This document shows positions 1 to 10,344 of a DNA stretch of 64,000 nucleotides, in pieces. The DNA is from an uncultured delta proteobacterium (GTDB lineage: Bacteria; Desulfobacterota; Binatia; UBA9968), in the NCBI GenBank assembly GCA_963737905.1, contig CAVTUQ010000019.1, forward strand, positions 128,001 to 192,000, written 5' to 3'. Under the pieces are notes generated by a model. It was not told where the DNA came from. It did no database searches and saw only the letters and a list, made by a program, of their open reading frames with translations. Numbering within the stretch: position 1 is the first letter of the stretch; every line of letters begins with the position of its first letter. The position numbers and the translations under genes are program-made.

Positions 1-2625
1 GATCTTGTCGAGCGCTTCGACACTGATCCATTGACTGCTGCCGGGCCTCTCCACGGTGTGAATGTCGGCCTGCATCTCGGAAGGCTGCCCGTCGGCGATG
101 ATCAAATCGCTAATCGTTCCCTCTAAAATGCCCGAGATGCGTCCGAATGCGAACGTCTCGGATGCTTGTTCGAGATGAATTCCGTGAAAGCGAGCATCTA
201 ACTTGATCGCCGGCAGCGAAGAGAACGGGTTTTCGATTTCCGTCTTGCTCACCTCCACCTGCCCACCAAAGACGTCGATCTGGATTTGGCCCTCACTGCG
301 AAGAACGTTCCCCGTCATCTCCACTTTTGGAATAGAGCCGCTGAGGGTGCCGCCGAAACGATACCAACCTAAGCTTTCGGTCACCCTTTGAAGCTGGAGA
401 TCTTTCGTATCGATAGCGAGCGAAAACGCCTGGGGATCTCCGATGATATCGGGCCACGCAAACTTGCGGATTTCAATCGTGCCGCCATACATGCGGACCG
501 AAATGGGTTGATCAAATTTTAGCGTGTTGTTCCACAAGGAGACCGGTGTCTTAATCTCCGGAATCGACTCAGGGCCGAAACGGAGCGACTCGATGGTCAA
601 TGTTCCGTTCAGAACGCCTGCAGGTGCTTCGCTTGTGGCTGCAGGCAAATGCACGCGGAAGGGCAGAGCGAGATTTACGGGACCGATTTGCCATTTTCCG
701 GACTTAACGCGCAGGCTGCCGCGGCGCACCTGGAGATTTCCCTTCACGAACAGATCATCCAAAGCCCCGGATGCTTCGGCGGTCAAATCAACACGGCCGT
801 CGAGGATTAGCTGATCCAGGAGCGGGTAGCTCCGGCTCAGGGTTTCACGAACGAAGAGGTCAAAAGCGGTTGAAGGTTGGATGCCGTTACTTTTAATCTG
901 AATGTGGGCTATTGGCTTTTGGGAGATTGGTTGCACCGTTCCAATAAGTTCCACTTTGCCGACGTTGGCGAGTGAAAGGTCGAGCCTTCGCAGTTGCAGC
1001 GCGTCTTGGCTGGCGAGGTAATCGCCGTCAAAGTCAATCGAAGCCTCGCGGGATTTCAAATCTCCGAAAAATTTTCCCCAAAGAATCTCACCTTCTTCGA
1101 TATTTAATTTGCCGGCCAGGGAAATCATCTGCGTATCTCTGGCCGTCATGACTAAATGACCGGCGAGGGTCAAATGCTCTCCCATCTTGGAACCGTCCGT
1201 ACTGGCGTAGTGGGCGCCGAGAAGCCGGAGCTTCGCCGTGGTCTTCAGCGGTTCGTTGGGTCTTAATTCCAGCGTGCCATCGAGCTCTAGCTCGTCAGCT
1301 GCGAGCTTGAGGTGGCTCCCGATCAGTGCCGAAGGTCTACCCTGCAGGCGGACATCACCGGCGCGTAAGGTTGAATGGGTCCACGAAAACGGTGCCGTCA
1401 GGTTGAGTTGCTGCAGCGAAAACGCATCGTTTTTTAGCTCCGCTCCATTCGTTCGGGCGACTCCTTTGATATCGATAGCGTTCCAAGGCCCCTCGATTTC
1501 CAAATCGGCGTCAGCAGTACCGCGGACGGTCCAGGCTTTGGTGGTTTCGGGAAGGAATGCTTTGATGGTTTCCGCGGGGATCCTGCGAAGGTTCGCTCGC
1601 GCCTTCGCCACAGTCGGCTCGGGAACGAAGAAAATCATGCCTTTGCCTTCAGCCGTTCCGGATGCGGAAATGAGATGAAGTGCATTGAAGGTCAGAGCGT
1701 TTTCCGGGAAAGAGTAGGTGCCTTCAAGGTTTCCGACGGCGCCGCCGGGAATCGTCGGGAGCTTAACGGAACCGATTTGAGCAGGGAGATCGGTCGCGAC
1801 AATCTTCACCGATAGGGCGGCGTTCTTGAAGCCGGGATCGATGTCGGCGCGCGATTCGAAGCGGCCATTTATCTTTTCAGCGCCGATGGCCAATCCATCA
1901 AACTGTCCCGACGCCGACAGCGTCAATGCCTGGCTCTGAGTCTTTTGCAAGTTTATTTTGACATCTAGAGCGTCACGGGAAGGAGTTTTCTGTGACAGCA
2001 CATGGGGCAGATCCCGGGCGGGCGCCTGCTGGACCTTGATCTCGGCCTCCTGCTGATCCTTCTTGCTTCGAATCGAGATCTCCGCCGAACCTTGGAGCCA
2101 CGGAAGATCCGTCCGTAGAGTCATTCCGCTCGTTTGTCCCAGGTTGACGTTCTCTGCGTTCAAATTGACGGCGCGAAAATCCAAATTTTGGCCTTCCATT
2201 GTTTTTAAGATGATCGTGCCGTCCTCAACATTCAAATGGCGAACCCCGATCTCCATTGAACTTTTTGCTGAAGAGTCGAACAGTTTTTGAAGGTCAACGT
2301 GAAAGATGGGTTTTTGGAGTTTGATTCGGTAGATGCTCTTGGAGAAGAGATCAATAAAACCGAAAGTAACGGTAATGTGCTCTCCCTGCAGAAGGGTTTC
2401 CGAGTCATTCGAAACCTCCAGGGTCGAGGCAGTTAGGCCGAAGGGAAATGTTAGTCTCAGATTGCTCAGGTCAATTTTGTGACCGGTTCTCTGGGTGGCT
2501 TCGGCTTTGAGCCACTGCTGAAAACGAACCGAGCGAACGAAGAAAAAAAGCGAGAGATAGGCCACGGCTAGAACCGCCGTGGAGAAGAATGCTGCTTTGA
2601 ACGCGAATCTCTTCAAAGCGGTCAC
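1..2625 (-). CDS. YdbH/AsmA-like intermembrane lipid-bridge protein (3' end runs off the window, >=875 aa)
   Basis: Missing from the ORF track because it has no stop in the window. Manual translation from GTG 2625 gives an N-terminal TM anchor (AFFSTAVLAVAYLSLFFFV), long beta-rich repeats, and a C-terminal FGRISGILEGTISDL...QWISVEALDKI resembling YdbH-family C-termini. The start codon is approximate. Confidence 0.7.
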   Translation of the reverse strand, partial: MTALKRFAFKAAFFSTAVLAVAYLSLFFFVRSVRFQQWLKAEATQRTGHKIDLSNLRLTFPFGLTASTLEVSNDSETLLQGEHITVTFGFIDLFSKSIYRIKLQKPIFHVDLQKLFDSSAKSSMEIGVRHLNVEDGTIILKTMEGQNLDFRAVNLNAENVNLGQTSGMTLRTDLPWLQGSAEISIRSKKDQQEAEIKVQQAPARDLPHVLSQKTPSRDALDVKINLQKTQSQALTLSASGQFDGLAIGAEKINGRFESRADIDPGFKNAALSVKIVATDLPAQIGSVKLPTIPGGAVGNLEGTYSFPENALTFNALHLISASGTAEGKGMIFFVPEPTVAKARANLRRIPAETIKAFLPETTKAWTVRGTADADLEIEGPWNAIDIKGVARTNGAELKNDAFSLQQLNLTAPFSWTHSTLRAGDVRLQGRPSALIGSHLKLAADELELDGTLELRPNEPLKTTAKLRLLGAHYASTDGSKMGEHLTLAGHLVMTARDTQMISLAGKLNIEEGEILWGKFFGDLKSREASIDFDGDYLASQDALQLRRLDLSLANVGKVELIGTVQPISQKPIAHIQIKSNGIQPSTAFDLFVRETLSRSYPLLDQLILDGRVDLTAEASGALDDLFVKGNLQVRRGSLRVKSGKWQIGPVNLALPFRVHLPAATSEAPAGVLNGTLTIESLRFGPESIPEIKTPVSLWNNTLKFDQPISVRMYGGTIEIRKFAWPDIIGDPQAFSLAIDTKDLQLQRVTESLGWYRFGGTLSGSIPKVEMTGNVLRSEGQIQIDVFGGQVEVSKTEIENPFSSLPAIKLDARFHGIHLEQASETFAFGRISGILEGTISDLIIADGQPSEMQADIHTVERPGSSQWISVEALDKI

Positions 2626-2780
2626 TTTTGTAACGATACACTCTGATGGTTTGACGAGCAACCAATCATAAAATGATACGCCCGGCCGCCGGTTCTGCTC
2701 GTGGCCATGGGCCGCTGAAAAGGAGTGAGAGATGACGCGAAGACGGTAGCGAAATATCGCTAAAGAAATCTGACCGGACG

Positions 2781-3869
2781 CTAGCTCGCCATTCGCAGCA
2801 CGACTTTGCCGAATTGCTTGGCCTCTTCAAGGTGCCGCTGAGCTGCGGCGGCCTCCTTTAGCGGAAAGACGCTATCGACGGTCGGGTTGATTTTTTTCAC
2901 AGCCATGAAGCTCAAAAGCTGGCGGAATTCTTCTCGGCTCCCCAGAGTTGACCCATAAATTTTCAAGTGCTTGGAAAAAATCGATGTCAGGTTGTCCCTG
3001 GGTTGACCGCCGGCGGTGGCGCCGCAAGTCACCAGGCGACCTCCTCTGGCCAACGCGGCGAGGCTTTTTTGCCATACCTCCCCTGCTACAGAATCGATCA
3101 CCACATCCACACCCCTATTCCCGGTGAGTCCGTTGACCTCTTGAAGAAAATCCTTTTTACGATGGTTGATTCCATGATCGGCGCCCAGGTTTTTTGCCCG
3201 TTCCAGTTTTTCATCGCTGCCCGAGGTGACGATAACCTCTGCGCCGATGTTTTTGGCGACTTGCAGCGCGGCGCTGGCCACTCCCCCGCCGATGCCTATA
3301 ATCAGCAGAGTTTCTCCAGGTTTCAATTGAGCGTTGGTGATCAACATTCGCCAAAGCGTAATGCACACCAGGGGAAAAGCCGCAGCTTCCTCGAAGGATA
3401 AGCCGGCTGGAATCGGAAAGCAGTTTTCCGCGGCTACTTTCACGTATTCGGCATAGGTGCCCTCCAACCTCTCGCCGAGGACGCGCAAATGAACGCACAT
3501 GAAATCCCGCCCGGTTAAACAAAACTCGCAGCGACCGCAGCCAGTTCCGGGATAGAGGCAAACCGCATCCCCTTCTTTCACATTTTCGACTTCCGTTCCA
3601 AGTTCAACGACCACTCCGGCGCCGTCTGCACCAAGGATGTGAGGCATTTGAACCACGATGCCGGTGGCTCCCAGACGATTCCAGATATCGATGTGATTGA
3701 GCGAAGCGGCCTTCAGTTTGACGATAACCTCGTTGGGTTGCGTCAATCGAGGCTTGTCCGCGGCCTCGTAGAAGAGTTGCTCGACGCCGCCATATCCGTG
3801 CATCCGAACCGCTTTCAAAGATTCTTCCTCGATGCTTATGGGCGTAGCAACCCCTGTCATCGTTGTCAA
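2781..3869 (-). CDS. Zinc-binding MDR-family alcohol dehydrogenase / NAD(P)H:quinone oxidoreductase
   Basis: Motifs SLNHID, PHILGADGAG, structural Zn CGRCEFC...C, GIGGGVA Rossmann loop and C-terminal FGKVVL. Confidence 0.9.
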   Translation of the reverse strand: MTTMTGVATPISIEEESLKAVRMHGYGGVEQLFYEAADKPRLTQPNEVIVKLKAASLNHIDIWNRLGATGIVVQMPHILGADGAGVVVELGTEVENVKEGDAVCLYPGTGCGRCEFCLTGRDFMCVHLRVLGERLEGTYAEYVKVAAENCFPIPAGLSFEEAAAFPLVCITLWRMLITNAQLKPGETLLIIGIGGGVASAALQVAKNIGAEVIVTSGSDEKLERAKNLGADHGINHRKKDFLQEVNGLTGNRGVDVVIDSVAGEVWQKSLAALARGGRLVTCGATAGGQPRDNLTSIFSKHLKIYGSTLGSREEFRQLLSFMAVKKINPTVDSVFPLKEAAAAQRHLEEAKQFGKVVLRMAS

Positions 3870-4046
3870 TTCAGTCGTTGCGTGATCTCCCTATGGGGAT
3901 CCGAACGGCACGGGAGCCACCCATGCGGATTGTCTACACGCTGTCTAAGTTCTATTCAAAAGCAGCGGGACAAATTTACGCGGCGAAAAGTTATGACCTT
4001 TCCGAGCGCCCGCGCAGCCGTGAAATCCAGGGTCGATTTTTGGGGG

Positions 4047-4080
4047 AGGGGGTGTCCCCTGAGGGGAGGGGACACCCCCT
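4047..4080. repeat. Perfect 14-bp GC-rich inverted repeat (hairpin)
   Basis: AGGGGGTGTCCCCT-gagggg-AGGGGACACCCCCT, intergenic between the zinc-finger gene stop and the MDR start. No adjacent U-tract on the minus strand. Confidence 0.8.
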
Positions 4081-4180
4081 TGGGTTGGTAGCCGCAAACC
4101 CGAACCGTAACGCCGAAAATGTTCGAGCTTGCGCTCGTGAAACACTGGTTGGCCGGCCCTTATCCGGCGATAGTTAAGGC

Positions 4181-4381
4181 TTATCTCATTCGTGCCATGG
4201 CGAACTGTAATTTTTTTAATTCACCCTCAAGATAAAGATCTTTCAACTGATGGCGGTCCAAGTGTGCCTCGAGATGCTCCGCCGGGTAGATCTTGGTGCC
4301 ACACCGATGACATACCGCCGCGTGATAAGTTGCGTCCTCGTATCGAATGTCACTCAGTTCGGATGGGATAGTTGTTTCCAT
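4181..4381 (-). CDS. Small protein (66 aa) with a classical C2H2 zinc-finger motif
   Basis: CHRC-GTKIYPAEHLEA-H-LDR-H = C-x2-C-x12-H-x3-H. GAGGGA RBS just upstream of the ATG, and a sigma54 promoter about 45 bp upstream. Confidence 0.75.
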   Translation of the reverse strand: METTIPSELSDIRYEDATYHAAVCHRCGTKIYPAEHLEAHLDRHQLKDLYLEGELKKLQFAMARMR

Positions 4382-4426
4382 ATGTCCCTCTCTGTCTTTG
4401 TTTTGCAGCGCGAGTCAACGTGAGAC

Positions 4427-4443
4427 AGCAATTGACATGCCAA
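4427..4443 (-). promoter_or_regulatory. Sigma54 (-24/-12) promoter of the zinc-finger gene
   Basis: The minus strand reads TTGGCATGTCAATTGCT, matching TGGCAYR-N4-TTGCW. Confidence 0.75.
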
Positions 4444-4565
4444 GGTTTTCACTTACCCCGATATTCTAGAAATACTGTGATTTTCCCGTGTCTTATTCGC
4501 TCATTCTGGAAGTAAATTTAGTGGTTCAGGATCAATAGGAATGATAGTTTGCTAACAAAAGTACA

Positions 4566-4602
4566 GTTTTGTACAACGTAAACGTATTTTCTTGTACAAA
4601 AC
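4566..4602. promoter_or_regulatory. Inverted repeat, candidate transcription-factor/enhancer site
   Basis: GTTTTGTACAA-N15-TTGTACAAAAC with perfect 11-bp arms, about 125-160 bp upstream of the sigma54 promoter, in an AT-rich divergent intergenic region. Confidence 0.5.
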
Positions 4603-4783
4603 GGTCAGTTGCTTCCTATCTGTTTTCCAGAGCGTTCGCTTTGTGTTTTATTGGGAAATCGCGAGCCGACAACTATGAGGGAGTCGGAAAGTTGACGACG
4701 CCGTAGTTGTCAAGGTAACAATCCAAATGGACGGCGTGCGGCGATGTAACGCCGCCTGCTTTGCATGCCGGGAATCTTGAGAG

Positions 4784-5923
4784 ATGGTTACAGGAAACGA
4801 TAAAGCCACCACCATTGTCTTTTCGGAAGAAAAATCCGGCCGGTTCAAAGTCGGCTATATCGCGCTTAATAATCCCCGAGCCCTCAATGCTCTGGATCTA
4901 GGGATGCTACAGCAGATGGAGGGTAAGCTTCTTGAGTGGCGGCAGGATGAAGATCTGGCCTGCGTAGTTGTCTACGCGGAATCGGAAAAGGCCTTCTGTG
5001 CTGGCGGCGATGTAAAGTCACTTGTCCTGGCGCTGCAGAGAGACAGAACGATCGCGACAGCCCGCGACTACTTCACCACGGAGTACTTTGTCGATTATCT
5101 CATCCACGTCTATCCCAAACCTATTCTTTGTTGGGCCGACGGCATTACGATGGGCGGCGGCATAGGCATTATGAACGGGGCATCGTCTCGTGTGGTGACT
5201 GAACGCACGGTCATGGCGATGCCGGAGATCGGCATTGGTTTATTTCCGGACGTCGGCGCTACCTATTTCCTCAACCGGCTGCCTGCTGGCCTAGGTTTGT
5301 TCCTCGGTTTAACCGGCGCGCGCTTCGGCGGCTATGACGCGGCCGCCCTTGGAATGGCGGATGGCATCATGCGCTCGGAAAAGAAAGGAGAGATCTTCGC
5401 CGGACTATCCCGCCTCAGTTGGAGTCCGGGGCCTCGAAAGAACAAGCAAACACTACGGGACTATGTCGCTTCAGCCGCCGAACCCACTCCATCCGATGGA
5501 TCGGATCTCCTCAAACGACTCGACATCATCAAGGAACTGACGATTAAAGCAACCGTCGAAGAGGTCGACAGCGCATTTCGAGGCTGGATCGGAAACGACG
5601 AATGGATCAGGAGCGGCATTGACGGCTACCAGAGCGGTTCACCGACGTCCGCGAAGGCGATCTATCAACAACTGACAAGCGGGAGGGAATTGCCTTTGAA
5701 ACAGATTTTCCTTCGCGAGTGGGACATGGCGCTCAATTTTTGCGCGGGCTCCGACTTCTGCGAAGGCGTAAGATCCCGCTTGATCGACAAAGACCAGAAG
5801 CCTCAGTGGGACCCGTCTACGTTAGCGGACGTCAGAAGCGAGGAGGTCGAGCGCTTGTTCTCCAAACAGCATGGCCAGGTCGATCTTCTTGCCCAAAAGT
5901 TTGCCGAGCTGGAGCTTGGCTAA
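4784..5923 (+). CDS. Enoyl-CoA hydratase/isomerase family, 3-hydroxyisobutyryl-CoA hydrolase-like
   Basis: Motifs [40 protein letters not shown] and [14 protein letters not shown]. Confidence 0.9.
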   Translation: MVTGNDKATTIVFSEEKSGRFKVGYIALNNPRALNALDLGMLQQMEGKLLEWRQDEDLACVVVYAESEKAFCAGGDVKSLVLALQRDRTIATARDYFTTEYFVDYLIHVYPKPILCWADGITMGGGIGIMNGASSRVVTERTVMAMPEIGIGLFPDVGATYFLNRLPAGLGLFLGLTGARFGGYDAAALGMADGIMRSEKKGEIFAGLSRLSWSPGPRKNKQTLRDYVASAAEPTPSDGSDLLKRLDIIKELTIKATVEEVDSAFRGWIGNDEWIRSGIDGYQSGSPTSAKAIYQQLTSGRELPLKQIFLREWDMALNFCAGSDFCEGVRSRLIDKDQKPQWDPSTLADVRSEEVERLFSKQHGQVDLLAQKFAELELG

Positions 5924-6011
5924 GCGGCTGACGTGATCCCATGCATGCTCTTGACAGTGACAAACCGTCCGCGCAATGGTAATTGGGTCAAAGCGGAGCT
6001 CGAAGACTGCC

Positions 6012-6986
6012 ATGACTACCCACCCGCTATTAGAAATTGAATTTCCCGTGATGCGCTATGACATCACGATGCCGATTCTCGAAGGGCGGGTCGCTGTTGA
6101 CGGGGTCAAGCTCAAGCCCGTCAAGTCCTCATCGATGATCCATAAGGAAGACCCGAAAATGAAAGCCGGCGAGTTCGGCCTCTGCGACCTCAATATCGGG
6201 TATTGGCTACCGGCCATCGAAGCGGGGTGGGAGATCGTCGGCTTACCGGTTTTCTCCAAGCGCAAACCCGTCTATCAGCTGATATTCACTCATGCCGATT
6301 CCGGCATTCGCTCTCCCAAAGATTTGGAGGGCAAGAAAGTAGGCTCGCGCACCTACCGAACCGCGCTAACCGTCTGGGCGCGGGGTCTCTTGCATGAACG
6401 CTACGGTGTCGATCTTTCAAAAGTTCAGTGGGTCGTTCAAGCCAAAGAAGTCTTTGCCGTTCATGACCCGGCTGCGAAAATCGAATACGTTGATGACCAG
6501 AAAAACATGGTGGAACGATTGATCGGTGGCGAGCTGGACGCGATGATCACCGATATCTCCGACACCAAGCTGTTCGAAACCCTCGAGAATCATCCCAAAG
6601 TGGATCGACTGTTTCCCGATTACCTCGGCGAAGATAAAAAACTTTACAGGGAAACCGGCATCTATACTCCCGTGCACATGATCGTCATGAGCCGAAAACT
6701 CGACCGACAGCGTCCCGATCTTGCGGCCAAGTTTTACGCCGCTTTCGAGCAAGCGAAGCAAATCGCCTGTGACGATATTCTCAGCGACCGAGGGGGCTTC
6801 TCGGTTGTATACCTGAGAGAGAGAATGAAAGAGCAGCTCGCAGCCTGGGGCGACCCGTGGCAATACGGGCTCACAGCGAATAAATCGACCATCGACGCCT
6901 TCGTCAAATACAATGTCGAACAAGGCATGGTTCGCTCTCAATTTTTTTACGGTGACCTTTTCGCGGCGGGAACGCTCGATACCTGA
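6012..6986 (+). CDS. 4,5-dihydroxyphthalate decarboxylase (Pht5/OphC)-like protein, periplasmic-binding-protein fold
   Basis: YDITMPILEGRV, LPVFSKR, DLEGKKVG..Y.TALTVWARGLL, YRETGIYTPVH and DPWQYGL are typical of this family. No signal peptide. Alternative start at 5976. Confidence 0.7.
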   Translation: MTTHPLLEIEFPVMRYDITMPILEGRVAVDGVKLKPVKSSSMIHKEDPKMKAGEFGLCDLNIGYWLPAIEAGWEIVGLPVFSKRKPVYQLIFTHADSGIRSPKDLEGKKVGSRTYRTALTVWARGLLHERYGVDLSKVQWVVQAKEVFAVHDPAAKIEYVDDQKNMVERLIGGELDAMITDISDTKLFETLENHPKVDRLFPDYLGEDKKLYRETGIYTPVHMIVMSRKLDRQRPDLAAKFYAAFEQAKQIACDDILSDRGGFSVVYLRERMKEQLAAWGDPWQYGLTANKSTIDAFVKYNVEQGMVRSQFFYGDLFAAGTLDT

Positions 6987-7009
6987 TCCGTCATGCAGAG
7001 GATGATTTT

Positions 7010-8309
7010 ATGCTTTCCAAAGAAGACAACGAATTGTTAACCCAGACCCACCCGGGTACACCCATGGGCAATTTGATTCGGCGCTATTGGGTTCCCGGGC
7101 TTTTGTCTGAAGAGATTCCCGAACCGGACTGCCCGCCTGTCCGCGTGCGCTTGCTGGGCGAAGCGCTGGTGGCCTTTCGCGATAGCCAGGGGCGCATCGG
7201 CTTGCTGGGTGAGCGTTGTGCGCATCGCGGAACCTCGCTTTTCTACGGCCGCAACGAAGAGTGCGGCTTGCGCTGCGTCTACCACGGCTGGAAATACGAC
7301 GTGAACGGCAATGTGCTCGATACGCCAGCGGAGCCCGGCGACAGCGACTTCAGGAAGAAACTGCGTCACACCGCTTACCCCACGCATGAAGCCGGAGGTG
7401 TGGTCTATGCTTACCTCGGGCCACAGCGACAAGATGCCTCTGTTTCCCAACTATGAATGGACCCAAGTGCCGGTGGATCAAACCTATGTCACCAAGTGTC
7501 TTCTGGAATGCAATTATCTCCAAGGACTCGAAGGCGAGTGCGATTCCTCGCATCTTTCTTTTCTTCATCGCGCGTTTACCAACGAGCGCAATCAGTCGCT
7601 TTACAAGAGCGACACCGCACCCGTCTATGAAACGGAGGAGACGGACTTCGGCGTCCGGTTAATCGCCACCCGAAACTTCGCTGACAACCAACACTACGTT
7701 CGATTTTCCGCCTTTGTCATGCCCGTTTACGGCTGCGTTCCCGCCGGTCGACCGACGAACGAGCTCGATGGCTACGAAATCCATACCTACGTTCCGGCCG
7801 ACGACATCCATTGCTGGCGCTATGATATCGGGTTTCGCCGTACCCGTCCGGTGCAGGAAGACGAAGTTCATCGGCGCAAACAGATCAAGCCGGACTACAC
7901 ACGAATTCGGCACGCGCGCAATAATTATTTGCAGGATCGACAGATGCAGAAGACGGTTAACTTTACGGGCATCGAGGACTTTCTTAACCATGATGCCTGC
8001 GCCACCGAGAGCATGGGGCCGATTTTCGATCGAAGCAAGGAACATCTCGGGGTCAGCGACAAAGCGGTTATCGCCGTGAGAAAATTTCTCTTGAGCAGCG
8101 TGAAAGCCCTCCGGGAGGGAGGGGAACCCCCCCACATCGTCCGCGAAGCACAGTGCAATTGGTTTCCCCATATGGATTGTTTCGCCTGCTTGTTGCCCGA
8201 GGCCGTTCCTTGGCTCCAGCGCTTCGACTATCTGACGCCTTCGGCGGAGAAGGAAAACCCGGCCGGTTTCATGGCGACGCGGAAAAGCGCATCATGGATC
8301 GCTGGCTAG
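7010..8309 (+). CDS. Rieske non-heme iron oxygenase (phthalate 4,5-dioxygenase/LigXa-like), split by a +1 frameshift at about 7423
   Basis: The N-terminal ORF 7010-7456 has the Rieske motif CAHRG...CVYHGW. The C-terminal frame 7311-8309 has the EGECDSSHLSFLH iron motif and EHLGVSD. Removing one base in GGGCCACAGC gives a continuous YLGPSDKMPLFPNYEW. Confidence 0.85.
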
Positions 8310-8319
8310 GTTTCTCGCA

Positions 8320-9102
8320 GTGATCCGCGACAACCGAAAAGACATGAAACGGAACAAGGCTGCGGGTAACGGGAAACTGCGCGTCGCCATCAAGCGCACG
8401 GAGGAAGAGCTTAGAATCGGCGCCAAGATTTTAGAGTGGGAGATCGGAGATATTTGGGGCCATGTTGGCGCGCGGCTATTGGGAGACAACGGCATTGCGG
8501 TGCAAATGTTCCGCCCGCCGGAACAGGGAAACAAGAATTGGCTCGTACGCTTCGACCATTCCCTCAACAAGCTCTCAGGCGTCGGTACGATTCCCCGCGA
8601 GGGAGTGATCTATCCCGCGATTTTTAAACTGCGTCCGGATGTGAATGCCGTCGTGCATTGCCACGCTGCCATGTGCGTCGCTCTCAGCCTGGCCGATCAG
8701 CCCATCGATTGGATACACATGCAATCCTCCCGTTTCAAGGGCGGCACGCCGATCTTTCCGCGGCCGATCTATATCTTGGATCAGTCCGAAGGCATGGCGC
8801 TGGCCGAAACTTTGGGTAGCGCGTCGGCGGTAATGATCAAGGGCCACGGCATTGTGACGGTCGGTGCGACCATCGACGAGGCCTGCATCAATGCGCTTTA
8901 TATGGAGCGCACGGCAAAAATCATGGCGATCGCGCGGCTGCACGGCTACCAGGGACCGACGAAGGAATCGATTCAAATTTTGAGCGCCAGCAAGAAGAAG
9001 CTTTTCACTCGGCCCAGAGCCAATATGCCTCACTCCGCTGAATGGCATTACTACGCCGACAAGATCAAGAAGGGGGAGCGTTGGACGAGAGGCTGGACCT
9101 GA
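8320..9102 (+). CDS. Class II aldolase/adducin family protein (possible decarboxylase)
   Basis: Motifs GHVGAR, RPDVNAVVHCH and VMIKGHGIVTVG. Start may be ATG 8344. Confidence 0.85.
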   Translation: MIRDNRKDMKRNKAAGNGKLRVAIKRTEEELRIGAKILEWEIGDIWGHVGARLLGDNGIAVQMFRPPEQGNKNWLVRFDHSLNKLSGVGTIPREGVIYPAIFKLRPDVNAVVHCHAAMCVALSLADQPIDWIHMQSSRFKGGTPIFPRPIYILDQSEGMALAETLGSASAVMIKGHGIVTVGATIDEACINALYMERTAKIMAIARLHGYQGPTKESIQILSASKKKLFTRPRANMPHSAEWHYYADKIKKGERWTRGWT

Positions 9103-9184
9103 TTGGCGCGAGAGTCTCGAGTTGCAGATACGAGTCTCGTGTTAGGCAGCTCCTCTTATCACACCCAAAGAACGGAGAGCTGGT

Positions 9185-10312
9185 ATGATTTTGAATAGGT
9201 GGTTGATTGCCGTCCTTCTTCTGCTGGCCTTGCCGGGCGACCTCGTCGCGCAGGAGCCCTACCTTGTTGCCTATGCGGGGTTTGCGGGTTTTCAAGCGCC
9301 GGTTTGGGCGCCGAAAGATCTCGGACTAATGGCCAAATATGGTTTCAACGGCGACGTCATTTTGGTGCCCGGCTCCGTCCGGCAGATTCAAGCCCTCCAG
9401 GGCGGTAGCATTCACTTTGCCCAGGTGGATGCGGCGACGGCCATCAATGCGATCAATCAGGGGGCGGACCTCGTGATGCTATCCGGTTCGCTCAATTCTT
9501 TTCCCTATAGCTTTATGGCCCAAAAGGAGATCCGCAAGCCCGAAGATTTAGTCGGAAAGAAGATCGGTATTCTGGCCGTGGGCGGGGCCACGGAGACGGC
9601 GACGATTCTGGCGCTCAAGGCCTGGAACGTGCCGCGCCAATCGGTCACGATCTTTCCCGCCGGTGACCCGGTGGCTCGAATCGCCGCACTTTCAACCAAG
9701 GCGATTGATGCCACCGTGCTCTCTTACCCCGATATCAATGAGGCGATTCGCGTGGGCATGCATGCGCTCGCGGACATGAGCGAAATGAAAGAAGCGTCGT
9801 TCCCTATGAACGTGATGGCTGCGCGCCGCTCGTTCGTGGAAAAGAACCGGGACACGGTTAAGCGGTTACAACAAGCCTACGCCGAGGGAACTTACCTGTT
9901 CATAAACAACAAGGAGAAGGGGCTCTCCGTGCTATCGAAGCGTCTCAGGCAAAAAAACCCAAAGGCGCTTGAAGAAACCTATCAATATTTTGCCAAAAAG
10001 TTTTCATTCCCCACGCGCGTATCCCAAGTCGGTCTGCGCAATACCCTGGAGCTGCTCTCGCAGCGAACTTCCGGAGCCAAGATCGATATGAACGTGAACA
10101 AATACCTCGACGAAAGCACCCTCGACGAGCTGGAGCGTGAAGGTTTCTTTAAGCGGTTGGGGGGAAAAGCTGAGGACACCTGCCAGAGCTTACGGGGTGG
10201 TTTGTCAAACGAATCCAGATTCTTCACCCTGCGGGTTCAGAATGACAGTTGTTGCGATCGCAAGTTGACGCGGCAGGAATCGCCGCAATATAAATTCAGC
10301 CAGGGTGTCTGA
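9185..10312 (+). CDS. ABC-type substrate-binding protein, NMT1/SsuA-like (the last ~45 aa may be an artefact)
   Basis: Signal peptide, EDLVGKKIG, RIAALSTKAIDA and LDELEREGFF. The paralogs in this window end a few residues after this last motif. Confidence 0.85.
   Translation: MILNRWLIAVLLLLALPGDLVAQEPYLVAYAGFAGFQAPVWAPKDLGLMAKYGFNGDVILVPGSVRQIQALQGGSIHFAQVDAATAINAINQGADLVMLSGSLNSFPYSFMAQKEIRKPEDLVGKKIGILAVGGATETATILALKAWNVPRQSVTIFPAGDPVARIAALSTKAIDATVLSYPDINEAIRVGMHALADMSEMKEASFPMNVMAARRSFVEKNRDTVKRLQQAYAEGTYLFINNKEKGLSVLSKRLRQKNPKALEETYQYFAKKFSFPTRVSQVGLRNTLELLSQRTSGAKIDMNVNKYLDESTLDELEREGFFKRLGGKAEDTCQSLRGGLSNESRFFTLRVQNDSCCDRKLTRQESPQYKFSQGV
10265..10294 (+). promoter_or_regulatory. Candidate sigma70 promoter for the 10345 gene
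   Basis: TTGACG-N18-TATAAA, about 50 bp upstream of the ATG and its AAGGAG RBS. Confidence 0.4.
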
Positions 10313-10344
10313 CACTCACCCAAACTAGAAAAGGAGTCTTCCCT

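Noticed and set aside
4085-4125. CCCGAACCG segment as part of a c-di-AMP (ydaO) riboswitch
   Set aside because: The other conserved elements (GCTGAA, GGGGGA, CAGCTAAC) are not in the right arrangement, and no gene lies immediately downstream on that strand.
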